Below the pieces are notes generated by a model. The model was not told the origin of the DNA. It searched no databases and was given only the letters and a program-made list of their open reading frames with translations. Below are positions 39,802 to 53,825 of a stretch of DNA of 64,000 bases, one piece after another. The translations under genes were made by a program, and so were the position numbers. Source of the stretch: Octopus sinensis (taxonomy: Eukaryota); NCBI RefSeq assembly GCF_006345805.1, contig NC_043010.1:46562001-46626000 (forward strand). Direction: 5' to 3'. Each line of letters begins with the position of its first letter. Within the stretch, counting starts at the first letter, position 1.

Positions 39802-40031
39802 TTAACCCTTTCGTTACTCTATTTATTTTGAGATGCTCTGTGTTTCTTTCAGTTTATTTTAAATATAATAAAGAATTTAGTAAAATAACTTAGTTATCAT
39901 TCAGCTAGTGTTAGGAACATAAATTGTGGCTAAGGTTTGGTGGAAGATTTTAATTCAAAACTTATGTAAACAAGACATTTGTACCACAGAGCCAGAGCCG
40001 GTTTCAGCCAGGTTGGTAACGAAAGGGTTAA
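39802..40031. mobile_element. piggyBac-type MITE family 2 (TTAA-flanked)
   Basis: ttaa-ccctttcgttac...gtaacgaaaggg-ttaa (12-bp TIR). Copies lie at 28534-28756, 31385-31614, 61672-61882, about 44690-44865 and about 4570-5134. Confidence 0.85.
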
Positions 40032-41638
40032 GACAACAAGCTGGCAAAATCATTAGCACACAGGACAAAATGCTTAGTGGCATTTCTTCTAGCTCTATGT
40101 TCTGAGTTCAAATTCTGCTGAGGATGACTTTGGTTTTCATCCTCTCAGGTTCAATAAAATAAGAACCAGTAAACTCAACAATGTAACTGACTAGCCCCCT
40201 CACTACAAATTTCAGGCCTGGTTTCAGTGACTAGACCAAGACCAACATGATACATCACCTTCAAGGTTTAATCAATCATATCAACCCCAGTTCTTATTTT
40301 TAAGTGTGGTATTTATTTTTCTGAATGCTATTTGTCATACCCTTAAATTACAGGACATAAACAAACATGGATGGTCATACACACACACACACACACGCTT
40401 ACTCACTCACTTGGGCAGTCACTTATTTAAGTGCTAATAAAACTCGACATTGCTTGATTTTGGTGATTGGATAAGAACTGGTGCTTTCATTATGTATATA
40501 ATGTACAATTATTCATTTCAAATTTTGGCACAAGGCCAGCAATTTTAGATGAAGGGTAAGTCAGTTACATCACCCCCTCTGGTACTTCTTTTACTGATCT
40601 TGATGGAATTTGAACTCAGAACATAAAGATGGATGAAATTCCATAAGCATTTTGCCCAGCATTTTAACAATTCTGCCAGTTTATCGCTTTATGTCTAAAG
40701 TATAATTATTTATTATCATATTGAATGCAATTAACCTTTTGTGCACACATAAATTTTTTTTGCACCGTGGTTGCAAAGTATGTATGTGGGAGTGTTTGTA
40801 TTCTTTTACTTGTTTCAGTCTTTTTGACTGTGATCATGCTGGAATACTACCCTCAAGAGTTTTAGTGAAACAAACCAACCCCAGGACTTATTTTAAGGCC
40901 AGTACTTATTTAATTAGTTTCTTTTGCCGAACCACTAAGTCACAGCAGTTCGACAAAAGAAACCAAAAGAATAAGCACCAGGCTTCAGAAAAGAAAATAG
41001 TACTGAGATTGATTCATGTGACTATCGGTTTTTCAAGGCAGTGCCCCAGCAATAAAAGATAGAAGAACTGGGACAAGGTCTGAATTGAACCCACACCCAC
41101 AGTTGCAATTCTGAAAATGTTGAAATCCTTGTAACGAAGGCTGATTTTCATTGTGAGCAACTGCTTAGGTTACCATGACCATTGTTAGCATCATCATCAT
41201 CATCATCAACAGCAGCAGCACCATAACCATCAGCCTCACCACCACAATCATCATTGTCATCACTATCTTTACCATCATTTCCACAACATCCACCACCATC
41301 ATCATCAACAACACAAAGGCTGCTGTTGGCTCCCACTCTCTTTTGGCCATCATCCCATTTTCTGAGATCAACCACAATCCTTCAGTGACTCCCATATGCA
41401 TCTGCATATAATCAGAAAGATGCTATGGTTTGTCATCTGTTGACTTTTTTCTGCTTCAAATGTTACATGTTGCATAATAAGATCTGCTGTTTTGATGCAG
41501 CGTTACTGTGCAGTAAGTTTTGGCGTGCCAACCACCTCTACAACGCAAGTGTTAGCTTGTTTGGATGCTATCCAAAATGAAAGGCTTAATAATAGAACAT
41601 TTTTTGGATTACATATACACCTATAGTTTGTAAATATA

Positions 41639-41679
<41 letters not shown>

Positions 41680-42659
41680 ATATATATATATATATATATA
41701 TATATGTAAAGCTTCTCATATTCACTTGGGTTTTGAAAGCACCTATATTTATAATTCATGTATTCTTGAGCTTCATATACATATCTAGGTGTAGGTATGG
41801 CTGTGTAATTAACAAACTTGCTTTGTGGCCATGTGGATTTTGGGTTCAGTCCCACTGCGCAGCAACTTGAGCAAATGTTTTCTATTTTAGACCTGAGCCA
41901 ACATTTGGTAGATAATACTGTATAGAAGCCCATCATATATATGTTTGTGTGTGTGTGTTTTGTGTGTGTGTGTGCATGTGTGTGTGTGTGCATGTGTGTG
42001 TTTGTCTTTGTGCGTTTGCTTGTCCTCCCACCATTTGTCAACTGGTCTTGGTTTGTCTATATCCCAATAACTTAGCACTTCAGCAAAGAAGAACTGATAG
42101 AATAAGTACCAGAGTTAAATTAAGTACTGGGATTGATCTGAGTGACTAAACCCTTCAAAGTGGTGCCCCAGCATGGTCAGAGTCCAACAACTGTAATAAG
42201 TAAATGGCAAAAAGCATGTTCATGCTCTCCACACACACACACACAGTGAAGCTGCTTGGTGCAAATTGACTGACCGTGAACTCTGTTATGACATTTTCAC
42301 TCACTTCCACCGTTTGTAGCAGTTCTTGGAAGTAAAATGTGTAGAGTGTGTTTGTCTCAAAAAGAAAATCAGGTTTTAGCTGTACAGGATCTCATTGATT
42401 GGGTCAAGGAAGACAAAAACCTTTTGAAAATGATCATAACAGGCGATGAATTGTGGGTCTATGTAAGCAATTCCCTATTAGAATTTCTTGTAAGACATGT
42501 GAAGAATTTCCTATGAGAAATTTTTCTGAGAAATAAAATAATACTTTGTAATTCCTATTGGTAAATGAAACATATAATGGTGAATAAATAATACCAGAGA
42601 ATTTCCAATTTCCTATTTTGTTATATGTGTGTATGTATGTGTACACACACACACACTCA

Positions 42660-42872
42660 TATAGTTAATCCAAACATGAAAACACAAAGAGAAAACAACA
42701 AGGCGAGGACGTCGAACAAGTATAGTGTTATTGGACGCTCAGGAAAGGAAAGAAAGAAAGGAGTATTTAACGTTTTGAGTGGAGCTCTTCATCAGAAACA
42801 TAGGTAAAGGAAAGATCCAAGGAAAGGAAGACAGAGGGGAAAAAAATCGCCAACGATACACACACGGTCACG
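42660..42872 (-). mobile_element. Penelope-like terminal repeat fragment
   Basis: Purine-rich block adjacent to a (CA)n tract that carries the minimal hammerhead motif on the minus strand. Confidence 0.5.
42766..42798 (-). ncRNA. Minimal (Penelope-type) hammerhead motif, degenerate
   Basis: The minus strand reads ttt-CTGATGA-a-gagc-tcc-actc-aAAA-CGTT-aaa. G12 and one stem II base are mutated (CpG-type changes). Confidence 0.55.
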
Positions 42873-44867
42873 TAATCATTTTAATAAGCACAGGATTTGA
42901 ACGTGGGCACTTTTATTATTATGCTCTGTTAGGACAATAATCAGATGAGCTTAGCTTTGGCTAGCATGCTATACAAACTCATCTGACTATTAAAGCATGA
43001 AACTTGTAGCTCACATTTAAAATCCTGTGTTTATTAAATAATATTTATCTCTCACTGGATGGCATACTCTTTTGTTTATCCCACCAGTAACAGAATAATG
43101 TGTCTGTGTGTGTGCACATGTATGTGTGTTTGTGTGTATACTTAGAAAGTATTGGTACTGATGCCATATAAAAAGCGCTGGTAGTGATGCCAAGTAAAAG
43201 CACCCAGTACACTTTGTACCCAAGACCACATTGTTGCACAGTAAATTTCTTAAACACATAACCATATCTTTTATTTGTTTTGGTCATTAGATTGTGGCCA
43301 TGGGAACCATTAGCACACTGGTTGAAATACTTGGTGGTATTTTGTCTGTCATTACATTCTGAGTTTAAATTCTGCCGAGGTCAACTTTGCCTTTCGTCCT
43401 TTCAGGGTCAATAAAATAAGTACCAGTGGAATACTGGGTTCAATGTACCCAACTAGTCCCCTCCCTCAAGATCTTATGTTGCCTTCAGTTGCAGTTTGTA
43501 TTTATTAATTACATTTAATTGTTACTCCTCATTTCAATGTATACATATACTCCTTGTTTCTCCTCAACCTAATTTAATATTCTCTGGTAGTAAGTTGTAC
43601 TTATTTAACTTATGAAAGCATAAAGAAGTTTAAATGAGAAGTTGATTTCACTGTTTAACCCTTTATTGTTTAAACCAGCCATATCTGGCCCTGATATTCT
43701 ACATGTCTTATATTCAAACTGGCGATATCTAACCTCTCACACCTAACCTACATTGACATTCTGAAAATAAACAATCACATCATTGAAACCTCAAAGCTAT
43801 GAGATAATGCATGATTAATTCAAAACAATTTGAGTGAAAAAGTATTACATTTAACAGAGTAATCTGAACACTAAAGGGTTAAAAGCAGTCATCTTGTGTA
43901 CTAAACAAAAAATTCTGTTGTCATTCTGCCTACTTTGTCACTTGGTATAACTCCTATGACCTTGTACAAATTTCTATCACATAATATGATTTGAACCTAC
44001 ACACACACACACACACACACACACAATGTGTTGGAGTAGCTGTAGTCTATTGAACTGAGTATAGTAAATAGTTTCTGCAGATCAAAACTTAGATAAGATT
44101 CAGTGTTAAAACTGACTGATAGGATTTGAACTCCATCATTAATCAATGAAATTAATTACTGATCAACACAGATTATCATCTGTGCCACATTTACAGCCCC
44201 AATAATAATATCACAATAAATTGTATTCTGGCACTCCATTTGTTACAATGACAAGGGTTCCAGTTGATCTGACTAATGGAACAACTTGTTCATGAAATGA
44301 ATGTGCATGTGGTTGAGCACTCCACAGACACATGTATTCTTAACATAGTTCTCAGGGAGATTCAGCATGACACAGTGTGACAAGGCTGGCCCTTTGAAAT
44401 ACAGGTACTACTCATCTTTTGCCAGCTGAATGAACTGGTGCTATGTGAAATTAAGTGTCTTGCTCAGAGACAAGTGTCACCAGGAATTGAACTCGCATCC
44501 TTACAATCGTGAGCTGAATTCCCTAACCACTAAGCCACATGCCTATTAAAATGATAATAATAATAATAATAATAGTAATAATGGTTTCAACTTTTGTCAC
44601 AAGGCCAGCAATTTTAGGAAGTGTCAGGTTAATTGCTTGATGATATATGTTATGATTTTAAGTTTGCATATTTTATATTTGAGAAGATCAACCCTTTTGA
44701 TACCAACCCACCTGAGACCATTTTTGTCTCTATGGTACAAACATCTTGTTTTCAAGACTTCTGAATTAAAATCCTCCATCAAAACTTAGTATTAGTTTCT
44801 GATCCAAATACCAATTAATAATGACAGTGTTATTTTATTAAATTCTTCATTATTTTCAAACTTAATC

Positions 44868-45240
44868 AGGAGTGGCTGTGTGGTAAGTAGCTTGCTTACC
44901 AACTACATGGTTCCGGGTTCAGTCCCACTGCATGGCACCTTGGGCAAGTGTCTTCTACTACAACCTCGGGCCAACCAAAGCCTTATGAATGGATTTGGTA
45001 GACAGAAACTGATAGAAGTCCATCGTATATATATGTGTGTGTTTGTGTTTGTCCCCCCAGCATTGCTTGACAACTGATGCTGGTGTGTTTACATCCCTAA
45101 AACTTAGCGGTTCGGCAAAAGAGACCGATAGAATAAGTACTAGACTTACAAAGAATAAGTCCTGGGGTCGATTTGCTCGACTAAAGTTGGTGCTCCAGCA
45201 TGGCCGCAGTCAGATGACTGAAGTAAGTAAAAGGGTAAAG
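44868..45240 (+). mobile_element. tRNA-derived SINE, family B
   Basis: Full-length match to the other copies. Confidence 0.88.
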
Positions 45241-45802
45241 TACAGACAGAGGATCTCAACAGAAATATGGTACCGAAAGGTTTAATAAATTTTGTTGCTT
45301 GGTTATCATTAGTCATGTCCATGCAATCCCTTGCTAGTAATAAATGAATTCTATAATTGTTTCCCAGCGTAGTGAGTAAAACAGAGTAAAGTTCTTTCCC
45401 AAGTCATCTAGACTCATAAGGGCCATTCTCCTGGTTTCCATGGCATATACATTCCCCGCCTGGATGGGACGCCGGTCTGTTGCAGGATTACTTATTTTTG
45501 CCATTTGATTGGACTGGAGCAACATGAAATGAAATGAAATGTTTTTTTTGCCCAGGAATCAAAACCTCTCTCTTATAATCATGAGTCCAACACCCTAACC
45601 ACTAAGCCACGTACCTCCACATAGCACTTGAGCTTACCAGTAACTGTGTACATTAGCACAGAAATTGTATGGAAAGGAATACTGGATAATAACAAGAATC
45701 TCTCTGTAAAAATCAGACATGTCACGCCCACATCTGTATATTATTTTGTTTAGTATTTTAAAAAGACCCTATTAAATTTTTTTTTGTTTCTATTAATTTC
45801 AG

Positions 45803-45922
45803 GTGAAGTCCGCTATGCAAGAAATACCAGTAAAATGACCACATTGATGCATGTTGACCCTACATTGCCATTGTGGATGTTTTTTGATGTTTATGGCAAC
45901 GTTCAGAAAATAAAAATACTTG
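45803..45922 (+). CDS. neur: Neuralized-like E3 ligase, penultimate coding exon (C-terminal end of an NHR/Neuralized domain)
   Basis: Polypyrimidine tract and AG acceptor (tttcag, 45801-45802) and GTAAGT donor (45923). The 120 bp phase 1-1 exon translates as (G)EVRYARNTSKMTTLMHVDPTLPLWMFFDVYGNVQKIKIL(G), matching the NHR-domain end motif VD..xPLWxFFDVYGxxxxIxxLG. It is absent from the ORF track. Confidence 0.92.
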
Positions 45923-48900
45923 GTAAGTAATATTAGTATATATCATTTCAAATTTGGCATCATCTCAAAGTTTCCTGGTACTCCTCTTCCAACATTTCCT
46001 TATTTCTGTTCACCATCTTTCTAGCATCATTGGTTTACATAACTCTCTGAATTCAACTAATGTTCACTAGAAATTACACTTGCTGATAAAACAAATTTCC
46101 AAATAATTTGTGCCATCTAGTTTTTTATTTCCCTGACAAGAATTTCCTACTAGTTTAAATGTGATACAAAATGGGTAGGCTTATAGAAAAACATACTTCA
46201 AGTGTAGATTGAAAAAAAGAAATGATCTTAAACTAGAGTGACTTTGGTCTTCCTTTTATTCTCTGAGCATCATCATCATCATCAATTTTTCCTAGCTAGC
46301 ATAAGTTGGTCAGGTCTTAACAGTTTGTGTCAGTTCTTATTCAGGCTTGCTGTCCCCACAACCTATTCCCAATGGATAGCAGGATCACATCTCACTCAAC
46401 CATTCCATTTTGGGCATAGTTTAAACAACTGAATGCCTCTAGTATTAATAAATTTTTCTTAAAATTACAGAATTTGTTTTGAAATAAGATTATTTATGTT
46501 ATTTCATTAGAAATTGTTGGATTGTGTTGGTCTATTCCAAGTGATCTTTAATCCAAGTAATCTTTAAAATATTTGAACAAATCCAATATGATCAAAATTT
46601 TTACTATTTATCCCAGTATGTTGCAGTTACCAATATTTTGAAGTTTGAAGGCAAATATTCTAGAGAAGGGAATAAATTCCTGTTGAATCAAGAATGCAAC
46701 ACTGTTTTGTTTCTCAGTTGATGCAAGTCCATTTCACTTATTCTGCTGGAAAAGCATGGCCATCATAATATCTTGTTCTCCTTCCTACCTTCATTTTAAA
46801 ATCTCTATTAGAAAAAAAACAATAAATACATAAATTCTAGGAATATTTAAATGTTCATTACCAATCCAGTATATGAACTGACTACATTTGAATATTGTCA
46901 GAAAGATTAGTGAATAGTCTAATATATGTAGTTATACCAGAAATATTTCAAGAAGTTCAATAAGATCCTGAGTCTTCTATATAATTAGGAGCATATCCTG
47001 AAATCTTCTAGAGTGAGATATATATGACAATATATGGTTATACTGATAATTTGAGTATTATGCATTGCAATATCAAAAGTATATCCTAAAATTCTCCAGC
47101 TATAAACTGACTATGATCAAAATTAACATGACTGCACAAAAGACTGAGTGGTGCCTTTCTTATTCAGAATAATAACACAATAAAGAAAATACTCTAGAAC
47201 TTCAGACATAACAAGGCGTCTACAGTATCACATAATACCATAGCAGAAGAAAATTTAAATCAACAGTAGAGTAAAAGAAATATGTTAGTGCTACTTAAAT
47301 CTAAAAATATGGATACTTGCTTAGAAGTCACTAAAATCTGTTGAGTTGTAAAGATTCCAGATTTTACAAGCCAGAAATTCTCTCTTGTGCATTTGTCTTT
47401 CAATTTCTTCTGCTATTTAATTTGTAGCCAATGTTTTGTTAACTGGCAAGCTATCAAAGATTGTATTATTGTGTCTAGCTTCTTTATTCCAAATTCTCCT
47501 AAGATTGTGATTTAGTTGGATTCATTTTACGACAATAATATTTATTTAAATTTCCATTTTGGTCCCGTTTTACTTTTCGTTTTCGTTTTCTTTCATTCCT
47601 TCTTCAGCTGCTTGTTTCAACTTAGCTAGACATGTATCAATTGAAAAAGAAATCTAAACGAAGATTGTGCTAATAATGATATCAAATGAAAGCTCTGCAA
47701 ATAACATTGTAAACAGACATTTGGATCTAACATTTATGTAGCTTAGATCTTCCTGTAATTTCTCTCCCTCCCTCTCTCTCACACCCATATATACTCAAGT
47801 AATATCTATACTAGTAGCTTTCAGTCTGTACAGTAGGATTCATTAGAGGGAGAATTGGGATTTTAGGCAGCTTGGCTGATATATCATCATCATCAACATC
47901 AAACAACTGTTTTCCATACTGACATGCGTTGGATGGCTTGACAGGAACTAGCAAGCCCAAGTGCCACACAGGGCTCCATAATCTGTTTTGGCTTGGTTTC
48001 TATGGCTAGATGCTCTTCCTAATGCCAACCACTCCACAGAGTATACTGGATGTCTTTTACATGACACCAGCACCCACACCATCTTTATATGTAGCACCTT
48101 GGTTTTAGGATCTCAGTTCTGTTGTGGTGGGTGGGTCTTCTCAAGTACACCAATACACCACTTATCTCGGTCCTCTATTATCTCCTTCATAGGGTTCAGC
48201 GTTTTGAGATCAGCCTTCAATATCATCATCATCATCATTTAACGTCTGCTTTCCATACTGGCAAGGGTTGGTCAGTTTGATAGGAGCTGGTCAGGCTGAA
48301 GACTGCACCAGACTTCTGTGTCTGTTTTGGCATGGTTTTGTGGTTGGATGCCTTTCCTAACACTTATATTATATTATATATATGCATGTGTGTGAAATGT
48401 ATTCACTGAAGGTCTTAAGTTAGGAGATGTAATTATATTTTAACATCTATCTTCCATGCTAGCATGGTTGGATGGTTTAGCAGGGTTCAACAAGTCAGAA
48501 GACTGCATTGTGCTCCAATATCTGCCTTGGCATGGTTTCTACAGCTGGTTCTTTTCTTAATGCTAACCACTTATAGAGTGCATTTTTCAAGGTGCTATCA
48601 CTAATGAAGCTGCCCTGTAGCTTGTAAGATTAGGATCCCCATTGACAATGTGATTATGAGTCAAATAACTCACTGAGTTGGAAGGGCCTTAGGTATACGT
48701 TGATGTAGTCTATCCTTAGTTCCATCTATTCCTAGCATTATGTATAATAATAAAAGAGGTAATGGATTAACAAAATCATTAGAGTGCTAGACAGAAATGC
48801 CTTGTAATATTCATTTCTGATCTTAACATTCTGAGTTCAAATCCTGCCAAGGTCAACTTTACCTTTCATCTCTCTGAAGTGGATAAAATAAAGTACCAAT

Positions 48901-50205
48901 CAAGTACAAGTTTGATTTAACCAAAGAACTACTCCTCTCAAATTTGTAGCCTTGTGCCTATCATCTTCATTTTAACATCCACTTTTCCATGCTTGCATGG
49001 GTCAGAATTTTTAGAGGCAGGTTTTCCTTTGTTAGAAATAATTATTTAAAAGATACAGGAAAGATAGGGAAAAATTTAGAATAACAACAAACCCAAAACT
49101 TCTTTAAGAATGTTTTTATTCACAAATGCATCTCACTCCATTCTTAAGCAATCCCAAAGCTTGCAGAAAGGAAGGTAGTAATAACTATTTAATGAACCTT
49201 GAATCTGTATCAATAGTGAGGGCACATGGTTCAGTGATTAGAGCGTCGGGCTCATAATCATGAGGTAGTGAGTTTGATTCCCAGACCAGACTGTGTTCAT
49301 TTATCTGTAAATATGAGTTACGATGTTACTGGTACCAAGCTGTATTGGCCTTTGCTTTTCCCTTGGATAACATCAGTTGTGTGGAGAAGGTGGGGGGGGG
49401 CTGGTATGCATGGGCGACTACTGTATTCTATAAACAGCCTTGCCGGACTTGTGCCTCAGAGGAGAACTTTCTAGGTGCAATCCCATAGTCATTCTTGACT
49501 GAAGGGGATCTTTACGCTTTAATCTATAACACTATTATTACAGTAAACACACACACTTATATGTATGTTAGTGTTGGGCCCCCACCAGCACTTGACAACT
49601 GGTGTTGGTTTGTTTGCATTCCCATAATTTAGTGGTTTGGCAAAAGACAATGGCATAAGTACCAGGCTTAAAAATAAGTACTGGGGTCATTTTTTTTTTC
49701 CCCTAAACCTTTCAAGGCAATGCCTTAGCTTGGCCACAGACCAGTGAATGAAACAAGTAAAATGTAAAGGATAAAGCACCATTTTTTTGGGTAGGTTTAC
49801 TTGCTAATGCTTTTATCATTTGCTGGTATACATTGGCGTTTGTCCAAGGTGCTACGCAGTAGGACTGAACCCAAAACCACATGGTTTTAAAATGAGCTTC
49901 TTAATTGTTACAGCCATGCCTGTATCTCCAAACATATTTGTTTTCATCTGTCAAATTCTACAAATAAAGTATTAGCCCACACGAAACACTTGCCCAAAGT
50001 ACTGCGAGATAGAATTGAACACAGAACCTTGTGATTGTGAAACAAATTTTTTATCCATACAACTGTGCCTGTTTATCTACTTAAAGTCGATCCAACAATG
50101 CAATAAGAGGTGTAGGGAGAGGGAACAATTAAAATCTTCATAATTATTAACTTTGTAGTTATTCTTCATATTTAAAATTTTTTTTTTCTCTTCTTTGTCT
50201 TTCAG
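45923..50205 (+). other. Last intron of the neuralized-like gene (GT-AG, about 4.3 kb)
   Basis: GTAAGT donor and (Y)nCAG acceptor with matching phase. Confidence 0.85.
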
Positions 50206-50873
50206 GATCAGCAAACCCTTCTCAGACTCGAAGGTTACGCCCAGCTTCTGCCTGTATTGCTAACAGCAGTGGTAGTAGTGGTTTAACAGTAGCTCTGCCA
50301 CCTCGTGTTTCTACTGCCCCTTCCACGCCTACCCAGTATCATGCCAACAATACTATCAGCAACAGCAATCCTAACAACAACAACAACAATAACATCTTGT
50401 CACCTTCATCACCAACTGCAGCCATGTCAACATTGGTACTACGCAGTCTCAGTATGCCTCCTCCATCAACATCATCGTCATCATCCACATCATTCCACAC
50501 GTCCCAAACTACAGCCAACACATCGCCGGTTGAAGGTCAGAGTCTGATGAGCACTTTCTCTGCCCTTCCAGTGTCTGCTTCTTCAATTCAAAACAGAGGA
50601 GGACAAGCAAACCCCTATCTCTCCTTCCCTTCAACTTTCGACTCTGGCCTGGCTTCCATAAATAGCTCGGCCTCCGATGATAGTCCTATTGTAGACAATG
50701 AGAGCAATGAGTGTAACGTCTGTTATGAACGTCCAATAAACTCTGTACTCTACACTTGCGGTCACATGTGTATGTGTTTTGAATGTGCTCTGGCTGTGAA
50801 ACAGGAACGTGGCGCCCTCTGCCCCATATGCAGACAGGAAATCAAAGATGTTATCAAGACATTTCGCTCTTGA
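50206..50873 (+). CDS. neur: Neuralized-like E3 ligase, last coding exon: S/T/P/N-rich linker plus C3HC4 RING finger
   Basis: Strong polypyrimidine tract and cag acceptor (50203-50205), phase-compatible with the upstream exon. The open frame (G)SANPSQTRRLRPASAC... continues into ORF 50397-50873 and ends ECNVCYERPINSVLYTCGHMCMCFECALAVKQERGALCPICRQEIKDVIKTFRS*, the typical Neuralized C-terminal RING. Confidence 0.93.
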
Positions 50874-51813
50874 GAAGTTTCCAAAACAAAGAAGCATCTT
50901 TTTTTTAAAAAAAAAAACATTACTTTAGTGTAGGTTATTCAAAGGGAAAGGTTGTATTTTATCCAAAAAGTTTCTGGTGTGGTGTATGATTCCAGAGGGT
51001 TCTCGGTCCAGGTAATATCTATAATTTGACAATTTCTCACCAATACATGCATTACTACACCCAACTTGTGTAAAGAGCTTCCTTCCAAAGAGTACCTTAC
51101 TTCAGATATATCGCTATTGGTCAGCCGCCACGAACCAGCTGGTTTAAGCTGACCCTGGTTCCAAGCAAACACTTTGAGAAGTATTAATGGCTGGTTCCAA
51201 AACGAATGGACAAACAAACAATAAAATGGATCATAGAATGGATTATAGGATTAAAGAATTATATTTGTAAACATAACATATAAAATAAAAAGTCTTTTTC
51301 ATTTTATTTTCATTTTTTTTCGGTCGCAAAATGTTTCAAAAATAAAGGAAAAAATGAATTTTGCTTAGTTTTTTTCTCTTCAAGAAATAGAGCTGTAAGT
51401 ATTCTATATTAACATGACTAACATTGCACTATGTTATTAACACACACACACACACAATACGTGAATGTACACATATCTTGAAAAAATCACAGCCTTATTT
51501 AACAGTCAGAAGTCAGTTCTTAATTGCATTTTTTTTTATATATTTTAATCTAACGACAACAGAAACTAAAAAAAATTGAAACACAAGTTTTCTGAATGGT
51601 AATGAGGTGTGTCTTAGATTTTCTTTTTGTCGTTTTTGTTTGTTTTTTTTTTATTCTAAACTTATTGAAAATGTCACATAAATCTACTAATTATAATCAA
51701 CTTAATATTCAGAATCATTTCACAGTGGTTTGAAAACACTATAGTGTAATTCCTAAGGTGGCTTTAGGAATTTTATTTTTTAATTTTTGTGTGTTTGTGT
51801 TTAATTCTTTCTT

Positions 51814-51863
<50 letters not shown>

Positions 51864-53200
51864 TTGCTATTGCAAAATTTCTTTTCAAACACATTTCGCT
51901 TTCTGAGACAAAATGTATGAAACAGAAAATACAGAAATACGGAATCAGTAAACAGTTACTGAAACCAGAGATCTAAGCTACAAAAATGTAAATATTTGAA
52001 AAAAAAAAAAAAGAAAAGAAAAAGAAGAAATTACTTGTAATGATAAAATAGATTGTAAAAATATTTTTTTAAGAAACTGCAGAAACACATTCTTTGGTTA
52101 TTGTGCAACAAAATACATTTTTTAAAAAAAACCTGTTGAATTTTAAGCTTCAATTTTATGAAATTGCTTCACTGAAAGTCAACTAAAAATTTAAGCTTAT
52201 TAGATAGCATCTCATATGTGACCATCTCTGATTCCATGATGCACCACCTCACATTTTCAAGAATTCACATTTAAAACATTCCATTATAGTTTTATCTAGG
52301 AACTTTTTTTTTTCTTCCAATTACCAGTTTGCTATGAGCAGAAGGTTGATTCATTTTCAAAACGAATTGAAACAGATAGTGCTTTCTTGGCTGTTAATAT
52401 GATCATGAAAGGGTTCATGGTATATTACTTAATTTCTGTTACTATCTTACTATTAATTATAGAATCAGTTGATATCTCTCATTTGCAATGTCTTCATATT
52501 CCAATGTAATAACAAACAAGCAAAAAAAGAACCTTGGGTTTACTCTACAAGGCCTTAACTATGGATAAGCTATTAAGGCCTGGAGAGAATTAATAGATGT
52601 TATTGCTAGGAATTTAACACAAACAAATTTAAAAACTCAATCCAAAGTGATGCAATGGTGATAATAAAAAATATCAATAATATCAATAATGCTATCTTAC
52701 AGCTAATTTCTCCTTTTGGTTTTTGTTTTTTATTCTTCATAGATGATATCCTCGCTTCTGTTGTGTTAAAGGAATGGAAAGTATAAAAATACTAGTTTGT
52801 TGCATGAGTTTACTGAAAAAATTTGCTCGGGCAGGATTTGAACTCAAAATTATGAGCTATATCAAGTATTCAATCAGTCCAGATGTAGAACAAACCTGCT
52901 TTTCCCTATTTTTTCTTGGTCATGTATTTATTTTATCACTATCTCAGTGGAGTAATAAAAGAGGCAAAAATAATCTGGGAAACATTTCAGCCACACACAC
53001 ACAAAAATAATAAAACAGAAGTTATTAATTCCAAAGTTGTTCTTTTACTGCTAAAAAGAAAACTTTTGCTATGAGCAGAAAATATATTACAGAAATAAAA
53101 TATAAAGCTTTTAATGATAGTGCGAGCTGCTGACAATTAATTGTCCTTCACTGATGAGATTTTATAAGTTCTGAGAATGTTTCTGTCATTATGTTAATGA
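50874..53200 (+). promoter_or_regulatory. Putative long AU-rich 3'UTR with candidate AATAAA signals (51220, 51284, 51341 and later)
   Basis: Follows the stop codon and lacks the SINE/MITE copies that occur every 1-2 kb elsewhere. It contains a long T tract (about 51816-51861) and TGTAAATA at 51987. The 3' end is not determinable from sequence. Confidence 0.5.
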
Positions 53201-53743
53201 TATACAAAGCATTCAGGTTATTCTGTCAAATGTAATGCTTATTTGCAGACATTGTTTTGAATTAATAATGCATCGTCTTGTAGCTTCGAGATTTCAAGGA
53301 GGTGATTATTTATTTTTAGAATGACATTGTATGATAGGTGTGAGAGACTAGATCTGGTTGATTTAAATATAAAACAGATAGGATATTTGGACCAGATATG
53401 ATTGGTTTATATGCTAAAGGGTTGATGCTAAACAATGGCTTGATACTTTAGACTAAACTTAACACACTACATCCCTGGTACAATTATTTCTTACTGAATT
53501 TTATTTTCTTGAAAAAATTTCATGCAAAGACTTTCTTAATGTTCTATTCTATCAGTATTTTCAAATTTTGATTTACATGCACCAAATTAAATCAGAAATG
53601 TAATTCCAACATTTTTATTTGAATTAACATTGTTTCATTCCAGGTACTTTTTAATTGCTTATATATGGAGACAACCCTATTACAAATTCAACATACTTAT
53701 CATAACTTGCAGACATTTCTTCTATTTTCAATGCTAATTTCAT

Positions 53744-53794
53744 ACATATATATATATATATACATGTATAAATTTTTGTATACATGTATATGCA

Positions 53795-53825
<31 letters not shown>

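Noticed and set aside
41148-41411. ORFs with poly-D/M/I tracts
   Set aside because: (CAT/CAC)n trinucleotide low complexity with no domain or splice support.
45672-45710. GKEYWII peptide resembling the Neuralized 'DRxEYWVV' motif just upstream of the NHR exon
   Set aside because: An in-frame stop follows within a few codons and there are no fitting splice sites; probably chance.
50631-50897. Antisense 88-aa ORF over the RING exon
   Set aside because: A shadow ORF of the real coding exon.
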